Below are positions 7,854 through 15,626 of a stretch of 33,512 bases of DNA, piece by piece (the stretch's first letter is position 1; each line of letters starts with the position of its first letter). The DNA is taken from positions 1-33,512 of the IMG/VR virus record IMGVR_UViG_3300006169_000108; one strand, 5' to 3'. The position numbers were made by a program, and so were the translations under genes. The notes under the pieces were generated by a model, which did not search any database, had not been told where the DNA came from, and saw only the letters and a list, made by a program, of their open reading frames with translations. Source of the DNA: a virus (Duplodnaviria; Caudoviricetes).

Positions 7854-10465
7854 CCACTCGCCCGCGGATCGTTCGGCGGCAACGGCGCCATCCGCAGCGC
7901 GCGCCGCTCCACCACCGTCGCCGCCCGCCGGCCCGCCACCCGCGCCGTGTTCAACGGGATCACCGATGCCCCATCACTCTCCTGGCGGGCAGACGGGCGC
8001 GACACCCGCACCTGCCCCCGCACCCCCTCCAGATGCGTGGTGAGCATGGCCAGGGTGTCGATCCGGTTCGGGGACTTCTGACCTTCCTGCCACGTGCAGT
8101 TGTGCACGAGCAGTCCCCCGGCGAAGAACTCGTGGTCCTCGGCCACTGTCAGGTCATACACCGGAACCGGCGGCCCGCCCACGGGCTCGACACTGAGCAC
8201 GGTCGTACTTGGCCCGTCGAGCCTCGGCGGTGTACCGAGCTCGCGCCTGCTCGCGGCGCCTGTCGGCGTTGTGATCCTCACGGCACTGCGCCGTGCAGTA
8301 CTTGGACCGCTGCCCAGTCGAGAGGAACTCGCCGCTGCAATTGAGGCAGACGCGAGCGGTGGGCTTTCGGGTGGCCCACTCGTCACGTCGATGCGCGCTG
8401 CGAGTGTTGGCATCCCAGGCTGACCAGCCTCGGTCAGGTGCGTGGAGAGCAGCGTGCTCTCCGGCGGGCATGGCGCGCAGGTTGTCAGGGCCGTTGTTGG
8501 ACTTGTCCTCGTCCTCGTGGTGAACCTCCCACCCCTCGGGGATGTCACCGTGCACTGAGCTCCATATGTCGCGATGGAGCAGGCGCTGACGCTCGCCCGC
8601 TCGCTGGCGGTGCTTGTAGTAGCCGTCCTTGTCGAGGGCGTAGTCCCGACCTTCGAAGGTGACATATTGGCGGGTGCGAGGCCGGGGCACGCCACCATTC
8701 TATGTCCTGGGGTGATAAACCGGAGCTGCTTCCAGCCGTGACCCTCCACCCACATCCGGTGCTCCGGAGTCGCCCGCACCACGTGGCCATCCGCGGTCCG
8801 CACCTCGAGCAGCTCCCGCACCCCGGTCTGCCCCGACCACGTCACTGCGCGCCACCCGCTACGCGTCAGTACGCGATCACGAGTCGTCACCTGCTCGATG
8901 GACTTCTGGCCCATCTCGGTCAGCACCGGCGTGCCAGCCGGGAAGCACGCCTCGAACTCCAACCGGGCCAACCGGCCCAACATGCACGCCCGACCCGTCT
9001 CGAACGCGCCCGCCACACTCTCCGCCCGAACCCGCTTCGACTGCTTCGGAGTAATGCTCACGACCCGCGGGCCCGTCGACCCGGCGTCGACGATCTGGCG
9101 GAACACCGGCAGCAGGTCGAACAGCTCCTTGAACTCCCCGGCCTGCTCGTCGCCGCGGGCGCGGAGCTCCTCGAGCGCGAAGTGCGGGCGGGAGTCGTCC
9201 CCGTTGGCCAGCTTGTCGTCGGGCACGTCGGCCAACGCCACCGCCTGCCGGTAGAGCCTCGCCCACGCGTCCGGGATCGAGGTGCGCATGCCCAGGTTGT
9301 GTTCCTGCACGATTCGCGCCGCCCCGTGCCGCACCCACGCCAAACATGCCTTGCGTGCCCACGCCGCCTGCGACAACTGGCCGGACAGGTCGTCGGTGAA
9401 CACGATCTTGCCTGAGCGGGTCACGCCGGCCACCAGGATGCCGGCCGCGTCGCCCTTGCCGGTGTCGGCCGGGTCCACCCCGACGGCCACCATCTCGAAG
9501 GCCGGGCGCTTGTCCTCGGGGATGCGATGCTGGTCGAACCAGGCGTACTGGAAGATGCCGCCCTCGAGCGGGGCGGGCCGACCCTGATACAGGGCAGCGA
9601 AGTCCCGCTCACCCACATCGGCGCGGACCTGCTCCCAGTCTTTCGTGGTCCGGCCCCGCGCGGAGATCATCCACTCGCCGGCGGGGCGCTCGAGCGCGTC
9701 CTCGGTCTCCCCGTCGGCCAGGGCGGGGATGTTCACCAGCGGCCAACCCTGCTCGATCATCCGGCCGGACAGGTCGTCTTCGTGCCATCTGGTGGCGATG
9801 ATCATCGCTGGGGAGCCCGGGGCCAGACGAGTACGCGCGACCGACGTCCACCACTCGTGCAGGTTTTCCCGCACCGCCTCACTGTCGGCCTGCTCCCGGC
9901 CCTTGAGCGGGTCGTCCACGACCAGCACATCGGCCGGGCGACCAGTCAGGGCGCCACCCACACCGACCGAGTACAGCCCGCCCTTGCGACCCTCGATGCC
10001 CCAGTCAGTGGCGTCCTGGTGGGACTTGTCCAGCGGCAGGCACAGCTCCGGATGGGTACGCAGCATGTTCCGCACGTCGCGGCCGGTGCGGCGCGCCAGG
10101 GTCTGCGCGAAGCTGATGTTGACGATGCGACGGTCCGGGTTGTCACACAACATCCACACGATCAACCACTGCAGCAGCGAACTCTTGCCCTCCTGCGGGC
10201 TCATCGAGATCACCAGCCGGCCGTCGTGGGTCGTGACGGTGTCCCGCATCTTCCGCGCAATCAGCTCCAACGCGGGGGTGCGCTTCGTGCGCATGTCGAA
10301 CCGCTCCGCGAAATCCAGCGCCGTCGGATGCTGCTCCACCAGCACCCGCCGGTTCCCGCCCGGATCCCGCGCCAGCAGGGCGTCCCGCTCGCGGCGCAGC
10401 TCCTGCAGACGTTGCAGCTTCGCCAGCCGCACCGCGGGCAGGCTCCCCGGATCGTCGGTGGTCAC
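7850..10465 (-). CDS. terL: Terminase large subunit, intein-containing
   Basis: Walker A ISMSPQEGKS, Walker B VLVVDDP, TRWHEDDL, ALYQGRP, nuclease GVDP...SPNRID; GTG start 7 nt after -10 TAGCGT. Confidence 0.92.
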   Translation of the reverse strand: MTTDDPGSLPAVRLAKLQRLQELRRERDALLARDPGGNRRVLVEQHPTALDFAERFDMRTKRTPALELIARKMRDTVTTHDGRLVISMSPQEGKSSLLQWLIVWMLCDNPDRRIVNISFAQTLARRTGRDVRNMLRTHPELCLPLDKSHQDATDWGIEGRKGGLYSVGVGGALTGRPADVLVVDDPLKGREQADSEAVRENLHEWWTSVARTRLAPGSPAMIIATRWHEDDLSGRMIEQGWPLVNIPALADGETEDALERPAGEWMISARGRTTKDWEQVRADVGERDFAALYQGRPAPLEGGIFQYAWFDQHRIPEDKRPAFEMVAVGVDPADTGKGDAAGILVAGVTRSGKIVFTDDLSGQLSQAAWARKACLAWVRHGAARIVQEHNLGMRTSIPDAWARLYRQAVALADVPDDKLANGDDSRPHFALEELRARGDEQAGEFKELFDLLPVFRQIVDAGSTGPRVVSITPKQSKRVRAESVAGAFETGRACMLGRLARLEFEACFPAGTPVLTEMGQKSIEQVTTRDRVLTRSGWRAVTWSGQTGVRELLEVRTADGHVVRATPEHRMWVEGHGWKQLRFITPGHRMVACPGLAPANMSPSKVGTTPSTRTATTSTASERASVSACSIATYGAQCTVTSPRGGRFTTRTRTSPTTALTTCAPCPPESTLLSTHLTEAGQPGMPTLAARIDVTSGPPESPPLASASIAAASSSRLGSGPSTARRSAVRITTPTGAASRRELGTPPRLDGPSTTVLSVEPVGGPPVPVYDLTVAEDHEFFAGGLLVHNCTWQEGQKSPNRIDTLAMLTTHLEGVRGQVRVSRPSARQESDGASVIPLNTARVAGRRAATVVERRALRMAPLPPNDPRASG
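8099..8947 (-). mobile_element. Intein (283 aa) in the terminase nuclease domain
   Basis: Block A CFPAGTPV, block B ATPEHRMW, block F VYDLTV, block G LVHN followed by Cys+1. Confidence 0.92.
8154..8690 (-). CDS. HNH homing endonuclease nested in the intein in a different reading frame
   Basis: GY...LHRDIW...IPEGWEVHHEDEDKSNNGPDNL...EHAALH plus CLNC...YCTAQC zinc finger; -10 TAGAAT (8697-8702) 6 nt before GTG. Confidence 0.88.
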   Translation of the reverse strand: MPRPRTRQYVTFEGRDYALDKDGYYKHRQRAGERQRLLHRDIWSSVHGDIPEGWEVHHEDEDKSNNGPDNLRAMPAGEHAALHAPDRGWSAWDANTRSAHRRDEWATRKPTARVCLNCSGEFLSTGQRSKYCTAQCREDHNADRRREQARARYTAEARRAKYDRAQCRARGRAAGSGV

Positions 10466-10505
10466 CCCGGCGACGCTAGGCCGCCGGGGCGTCACCACTG
10501 GCCGG

Positions 10506-11072
10506 TCATTCGGGGGTGCGACGGGCCCGTGTGCAACGCCTGCACTGCCGAGCACCTGTGCTCGGGATGATGTACACGTCCGCCTGAGGGCCTGAAAGTG
10601 GATGGTTGCGCTTGCACTCAGTCATAGCCCGGCGGCGATGGCGCACGCCCGTGGGCGTGGCCTCGTTGTTCTGCGTCGGAGTCTGAAGCACTAAGTGATC
10701 CGGGTTCACGCAACGACGGTGCAGGCACGCCCGCCCGCCAGGGCAGTCGACGGATCTGTCGTGGCACGCGTGACCCACGTGCATCCCGGCAGGAATGGCC
10801 CCATGGGCGCGCTTGAAGGCTTCTCGGTGTGCCCCACCCCCTCGGGGGAGCAGGCCGTACCCGTCACGAGTGCCGACGCATCCCCTCCAGAGCCAGCACC
10901 CGGGAAGGGTCTCCTTGTCGAGAGAGTCGAAATGGCGATCAGCTCGGACTAGTCCGAAGCCGGAAAGAGTTCCCTCGGCACGGTGTCGGCGATAGCAAGC
11001 ACTGCATAAGCCACGTCCAGCAACCGGCATCATCCTGTCGCAACTACGACAGGTGACCAAGGTCCTCGGCAC
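10506..11072 (-). CDS. Free-standing HNH endonuclease
   Basis: CWLWRG...DGYG...AHR...HACH...CVNPDHL...QNN and C-terminal CKRNH...RQCRRC; -10 TACTAT 6 nt before GTG. Confidence 0.88.
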   Translation of the reverse strand: MPRTLVTCRSCDRMMPVAGRGLCSACYRRHRAEGTLSGFGLVRADRHFDSLDKETLPGCWLWRGCVGTRDGYGLLPRGGGAHREAFKRAHGAIPAGMHVGHACHDRSVDCPGGRACLHRRCVNPDHLVLQTPTQNNEATPTGVRHRRRAMTECKRNHPLSGPQADVYIIPSTGARQCRRCTRARRTPE

Positions 11073-11095
11073 GAATCCATAGTACCAAACAATTC

Positions 11096-11674
11096 TTACG
11101 CGAGGCGTGCGAAGACGATCACTTGCGAAAGATACGAGTGCGCGGACCGGTCGAGGTCGCCGCCGCAGGTCACCAGCCGCAGCTCCGGACCGTCGGTGTC
11201 GGAGTACACCTCGCGGGTCGGGAAATCCGCCTTGTCCACCGTCTGCGTCCGCGTCACCGCGAACCGCTTGGTCCCCTGCGGAGTATCGACAGTGATCTCG
11301 TCACCCGCAGCGAGAGTGTGGAACCCGGCCCCGAACCCCGGGCGGCCACCACCGTTGACGTGCGCCAACACCACCGCCGGGCCATCCTCACCCGGCCTCG
11401 GGCCCCGCTCGTACACACCGGCCTGCATCGGCTGCGCCAACGGCGGCACCTGGATGGTGCGATCCGGGTTCAACCCCACCCCCACCAGGGACGACGACAC
11501 CCCCAACGTCGGAATCGACACCCGAAACCCGTCCAGCGCCGAAGGCTGCTGAACCTGCTGGGCGGCCGCCACCGACCCCGCACCCTGCGGCGGGGCGGGA
11601 TCGGTGGCGGTGCTGCAACCGGCCGCGAGCATCACCGCGAGAACGGTGGTGGCAAAGATGCCCGCCGGCCGCAT
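11096..11674 (-). CDS. Class F sortase (lipoprotein)
   Basis: Lipobox LAAG-C; GPRPGEDGPAVVLAHV (catalytic His), LRLVTCGG (catalytic Cys), KADFPTREVY. Confidence 0.88.
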   Translation of the reverse strand: MRPAGIFATTVLAVMLAAGCSTATDPAPPQGAGSVAAAQQVQQPSALDGFRVSIPTLGVSSSLVGVGLNPDRTIQVPPLAQPMQAGVYERGPRPGEDGPAVVLAHVNGGGRPGFGAGFHTLAAGDEITVDTPQGTKRFAVTRTQTVDKADFPTREVYSDTDGPELRLVTCGGDLDRSAHSYLSQVIVFARLA

Positions 11675-12360
11675 CAGATGGCGCCCGTGCTGGCGGAACC
11701 CTCGGGCACCTCACGCACCTGGTCACCGGACACGTCAGCGGTCGAGTCGTCGTCGTCGACCGGGTTCAGCGGCACGTCAGTGACCACAGGGGCGTCGATG
11801 CAGAAGTTCAGGGCGCGCTGACGGTCGTGGAACAGGCCCCACAGCTCGTTGGTGCCCGGCTCGAAGGTGCGAGCGATGAGCTCGTCAGAGATGCGGCCCG
11901 AGTCGGCGGAGTACGTGTCGTCGCACTCGAGGTCGGCGATCGCCTCACGCAGCTCGCCGTTGGCGGGCGGGGGCGTGGTGGTCGGCTCGACGGTCGGTTC
12001 CGGGTCCGTGGTGGGCTCCGGCTCGACGGTCGGCTCGGGGTCCGTGGTGGGTTCGGGGTCCGTCGTCGGCTCCGGGTCCTCGCTGCCGGTGCACAGCTGG
12101 ATGGTCGCGGCGGCCTTCGCGTCGAGGATGGCCTGCTCGAGCCCGGCGATCGCGACAGCGTCGGTGGCGATGTCGAGGTCGTGGGTGTCGAACGCGTTCT
12201 GCGCCGCGCGCACCGTGGCGTCGACGTCGACGAGCGCGGAACACTCAGGGGTGCCCGGCACGGGGGTGTCCTGTTCGGCCAGCGCGGAACCTGCGCCGAA
12301 CACCAGCCCACCAGCAAGCACAACGGCGCCCACCAGGGCGGAAGCAGAACGGCGCATCAC
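11674..12360 (-). CDS. Secreted acidic protein, probable sortase substrate
   Basis: Signal peptide ending SALA-E; PEPTTD/PEPTVE repeats; C-terminal QVREVPEGSASTG-AI; stop overlaps the sortase start. Confidence 0.7.
   Translation of the reverse strand: MMRRSASALVGAVVLAGGLVFGAGSALAEQDTPVPGTPECSALVDVDATVRAAQNAFDTHDLDIATDAVAIAGLEQAILDAKAAATIQLCTGSEDPEPTTDPEPTTDPEPTVEPEPTTDPEPTVEPTTTPPPANGELREAIADLECDDTYSADSGRISDELIARTFEPGTNELWGLFHDRQRALNFCIDAPVVTDVPLNPVDDDDSTADVSGDQVREVPEGSASTGAI
11980..12079 (-). repeat. 18-bp coding tandem repeats (PEPTTD/PEPTVE, about five units)
   Basis: Visible in both protein and DNA. Confidence 0.8.
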
Positions 12361-12459
12361 AAACCTTCCAGGAAGCGGGCCGAAGTCACGACCCGGTCAC
12401 GACCGGACGCTAGAGAGTCGCCCAATAACCAACCCGCCGTTACCCGGGCCAGGCATAGA

Positions 12460-12498
12460 CCGGCCCCCACCCCAGGCGTGGAGCAGGGTGGGGGCCGG
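12460..12498. terminator. GC-rich hairpin downstream of terS
   Basis: CCGGCCCCCACCC ... GGGTGGGGGCCGG inverted repeat. Confidence 0.5.
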
Positions 12499-12533
12499 CG
12501 GTGCGCGCCCGCTTCGGGGGTCGGGCGCGCGAA

Positions 12534-13016
12534 CTAGGGGGCAGCCACCCCGGCCTCGGGCTCCGCGGTCGCCTGCAGCGCCTCCAACTCCCTGGTGAGC
12601 GCGGCGATCTCCTGACCCACCTTGTCGATCGTCACCACCTGCGTCGGCGCGTCCAGGCCCAGCAGCTTCGCCTTACGCTCCGCCCACGCCCGAATCGTCG
12701 ACCACGCCTCAATCCGCGTCCGGGGCAACACGTCCTCATCTCTGGCAATGATCATCAGGTCGGCGGTGGCGTCATCGACCAACATGAGCTCCTCGGCGCG
12801 ATGCTCATCCACATGCTGCGCCGGAATCTCGGCCAGAGCTCGGTTGTAGTCGACACGGCACTTGCGCTCGTCGACATGCACCGCCTTCGCGATCTCCGCC
12901 CACGTCATCCGCTGGCGGCGCAGCTCCACGATCCGCGCCGTGCGCTGCTGCACCTCCACCGTCCGATCCGACACCGGACTGTTCGCCACCGCGCGCGCCT
13001 GCGACCGCTTACTCAC
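12534..13016 (-). CDS. terS: Terminase small subunit (HTH)
   Basis: ELRRQRMTWAEIAKAV HTH and RKAKLLGLDAP motif; first gene of the packaging module; -10 TACCGT 7 nt before GTG. Confidence 0.7.
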   Translation of the reverse strand: MSKRSQARAVANSPVSDRTVEVQQRTARIVELRRQRMTWAEIAKAVHVDERKCRVDYNRALAEIPAQHVDEHRAEELMLVDDATADLMIIARDEDVLPRTRIEAWSTIRAWAERKAKLLGLDAPTQVVTIDKVGQEIAALTRELEALQATAEPEAGVAAP

Positions 13017-13074
13017 GCCACGCACGGTAGAACCGTGGGCCGGTCGCGCCGGGGGGTTACACGGGGCACCCGCC

Positions 13075-13086
13075 ATGCGCTAGAGT
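13075..13086 (+). promoter_or_regulatory. ATGCGCTAGAGT motif, copy 2
   Basis: 6 nt before GTG at 13093. Confidence 0.65.
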
Positions 13087-13092
13087 ATTGAT

Positions 13093-13287
13093 GTGACCGT
13101 CGACCTGCCCATCCCCGACGCCGCCCTCCAACACCGCGCCGTCCAACGAGGCTGGATCACCGAACACGACGTCGCCACCCTCGCCCGACCCGTCGTCGTC
13201 GCCTACCTGCGGCAGATGTGCCCAGGGGACTACATGACCCGTCGAGACATCATGGTCCTCGCCGACGAACTGGAGAACCAGCAGTGA
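13093..13287 (+). CDS. Small hypothetical protein
   Basis: First of five translationally coupled ORFs. Confidence 0.7.
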   Translation: MTVDLPIPDAALQHRAVQRGWITEHDVATLARPVVVAYLRQMCPGDYMTRRDIMVLADELENQQ

Positions 13288-13523
13288 GCACCGACCTGAC
13301 CGTTCCGAGGTCGTCGTACGACGCGCTGATGCTCTGCCTCGACGAGCACCACGGCATCCACGGCTCCGTGTGCGTCCGAGACATCGCCGCACCCATCATC
13401 GCCGCCGAGCTTCGCCTCTGGACGGAGTACATCGAGGCGTACTTGCCCGACGATGTTCCCTCAATCCAAACGCTCTTGTCCGACCTGCGCGACCGCGCCG
13501 ACGAACTGGAGGCTGGGCGATGA
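13284..13523 (+). CDS. Small hypothetical protein
   Basis: GTGA overlap; IAAPIIAAELR...RADELE. Confidence 0.7.
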   Translation: MSTDLTVPRSSYDALMLCLDEHHGIHGSVCVRDIAAPIIAAELRLWTEYIEAYLPDDVPSIQTLLSDLRDRADELEAGR

Positions 13524-13687
13524 TCCGCACGCGGTTGCTCCGGAAGATCGGCCACACGTGCCGACCGCCGCGCAAGGTGCTCGGCCAGCCGTACTGGACG
13601 TGCTGGTGTGGCCAGCAGTGGACGTCGGTGTTCGTGCCGTTGCGCGGGTTCCGCTGGTTCCGCGCCGAACTGGAGGTAGACGCGTGA
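13520..13687 (+). CDS. Small Cys/His protein
   Basis: ATGA overlap; HTC...WTCWCGQQW. Confidence 0.65.
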   Translation: MIRTRLLRKIGHTCRPPRKVLGQPYWTCWCGQQWTSVFVPLRGFRWFRAELEVDA

Positions 13688-13929
13688 CCCTCGACGCCCC
13701 CGACCCCGACGTCACCCAACCCGACATCCCCGACCAGACGCACGAGGTGCTGACCTCCGTAGCTCCACACCTCGACGTCCCCGAGACGAGAACGCGGATC
13801 ATCGCCGCCATCGCCGGCCCCGTCGTCACCGCCGCACTCACCAACATCGCCAACCGCATCGAACACCACGACACCGCCGACCAGATCGTGCGCATGATCC
13901 ACAACGAACGGAAGCGGTGGCAGCAGTGA
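13684..13929 (+). CDS. Small hypothetical protein
   Basis: GGAGG RBS, GTGA overlap. Confidence 0.7.
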   Translation: MTLDAPDPDVTQPDIPDQTHEVLTSVAPHLDVPETRTRIIAAIAGPVVTAALTNIANRIEHHDTADQIVRMIHNERKRWQQ

Positions 13930-14168
13930 GCGAGGCCCGCCCCGACATCATCCGGTTCGGCCCCGACCTCGCCATCTCCTGGGAGGCCTACAAGCAAGGC
14001 ATAAACGAAGCCGACGTCCCCGAAGGCACCTACCTCATCCGCAACCAAGCCGGCAACCTCGCCCTCATCGACACCGAAGGCAACTACCGCGGGTTCATCG
14101 ACACCACGGCCGGACACGTCGACGTCATCGCCAACCGAGACAGCGGCGACACCCACACCCCGCCCTGA
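13926..14168 (+). CDS. Small hypothetical protein
   Basis: GTGA overlap, high GC3. Confidence 0.7.
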   Translation: MSEARPDIIRFGPDLAISWEAYKQGINEADVPEGTYLIRNQAGNLALIDTEGNYRGFIDTTAGHVDVIANRDSGDTHTPP

Positions 14169-14229
14169 GCCACGCATGCGCTAAAGCGCGAAGTTGGTGG
14201 TGCGGGAGAGCTCAGATTTTGTGAGGTCG

Positions 14230-15280
14230 AAGGGCGAGCGCAGCGAGCCCGCGTCGCCGGTTCGGCGGCGAAACCCCGCTAGGGGTTGAGCTGGCGTGCC
14301 GGCGGCGTGTCGGCGCGGAGCGACGGCACGGTCGCGTGAAGCGAAGCGAACGCGTCCGTGTCGTCGCGGAGCGTCGTGCGTTCGCTTGTCGCGCTAGCGA
14401 CATGCGAACGCTTGTTGTCGAGCGGTAGCGAGACGGTGTCTGTGCGAAGCGCGTCGTGTTCCCCCTGTGAGCGAAGCGATGGGGGGAACACGGCGTGGTG
14501 AGCTCCGAGCACTGCGTAGCAGTGCGCCCGCCGGTAGGCGGGCCCTTGGTTGGGGCCCGCCTCGAGCGGGTTAGTGCATGTCGGTGCCTTCGCAGTTGGG
14601 GTTGGTGGTTTCGATGTCGCCGAATTCGGTGAGGCGGCAGGTGCAGAGGGGGGTGCCGGTGCGGTCGCGGGGGGCGGTGGCGGGGTAGGTGGTGAGGTCG
14701 TCGTTGTTCATGGAGAATACGAAGCATGGCATGACGGAATGGCAAGGGGGGAAAGGATGATGTTTTCAAGGAGCGCAGCGACTGCTTTGAAAAGATCATT
14801 CGTACCCTTGCTATGGAGGATTGCCGTGCGACTATTCGTGAATGAACAGCGTCGTCCTCATCATCTACTTCGCTGCCGCACCTGGTGACTGTGTCGGCAC
14901 GTTTGCACCGGTCGTCGACGGTGGCGCGGAACCCTGGCTCGAGCCGGCGTGCACGCCCGTGTTGGGCGGGTGCGAGCGCAGCGAGCGCGTAGGCCGCGGA
15001 GCGGCCCCTCGCCGTAGGCGAGTGTCCTGCGCTTGGAGCGACGTAGGAGCGACGCGCAGGGCCTTTTCCGCGCGGTAGCGCGGGGGTCACAGTGCGAGGC
15101 GGCGGGGCCGTGGTGCAGCGAAGCGAACCACGGGCGCGGCGGCGACGCTCCGGGCCTCGCCGTAGGCGAGGGCATCCCCGGAGGGGATGGGAGGCCTTCG
15201 GCCTCTTGGTGCTCGCTTCGCTCGCTCTTCTATCGCCTCGCTATCGCTCGGCTTTGCACAGCGCCCGGGGGGCGCTGTGC
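14230..15280. other. Array of GNA/GNNA-capped DNA hairpins (structured non-coding region)
   Basis: 11 GCGNAGC heptamers on + between 14238 and 15124, most capping stems, several flanked by tandem GA; polarity switches to - after ~15190. Confidence 0.8.
14571..14711 (-). CDS. Possible 46-aa protein embedded in the hairpin array
   Basis: MNNDDLTTYPATAPRDRTGTPLCTCRLTEFGDIETTNPNCEGTDMH; strong C-ending codon bias; hairpins are absent over this stretch. Confidence 0.5.
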   Translation of the reverse strand: MNNDDLTTYPATAPRDRTGTPLCTCRLTEFGDIETTNPNCEGTDMH

Positions 15281-15356
15281 CGCCGTGGTGGACCGTTGGG
15301 TGTGGGTGGTGTTGGGCGGCTCACCGGTTGCTTTGGTGGTCTCGAGCAGGGCGGCG

Positions 15357-15500
15357 TTAGTCGCTGTTGTGGGGGGCGCGGTGTCGGCCTTCGAGGCCCC
15401 AGGTGCGGGCGGCGTGTTCGAGCTCTGACCACCAGATGGCGATGTGGTCGCTGACGCCGTCGCCGGCGGTGATCTCGCGTTGGTGCTTGTTCTCTGCCAT
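15357..15500 (-). CDS. Small hypothetical protein (47 aa)
   Basis: MAENKHQREITAGDGVSDHIAIWWSELEHAARTWGLEGRHRAPHNSD; variant motif ATGCCCTAAACT (15508-15519) 7 nt upstream. Confidence 0.55.
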   Translation of the reverse strand: MAENKHQREITAGDGVSDHIAIWWSELEHAARTWGLEGRHRAPHNSD

Positions 15501-15626
15501 GCCTTATAGTTTAGGGCATAGCGGGGTGTTGGGCAACCCCTTGATGTCCCCACCCCCACCTGCTACGCTCTACGGTGTACGGGCAGTGTGCCCGTCCCTC
15601 TCACAGCACAGCAAGGACTCCCTCTC

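Noticed and set aside
8154-8690. terL as a frameshifted pseudogene
   Set aside because: The terminase-intein frame is uninterrupted and all splicing and catalytic motifs are present.
14230-15280. Hairpin array as CRISPR, tRNA cluster or structured RNA gene
   Set aside because: No constant repeat with spacers and no cloverleaf or T-loop; GNA triloops are a DNA-stable motif. An RNA role is not formally excluded.
14212-15454. ORFs across the hairpin region (e.g. 14212-15090 minus, 292 aa)
   Set aside because: Arg/Ala/Pro-rich translations of palindromic DNA without codon bias.
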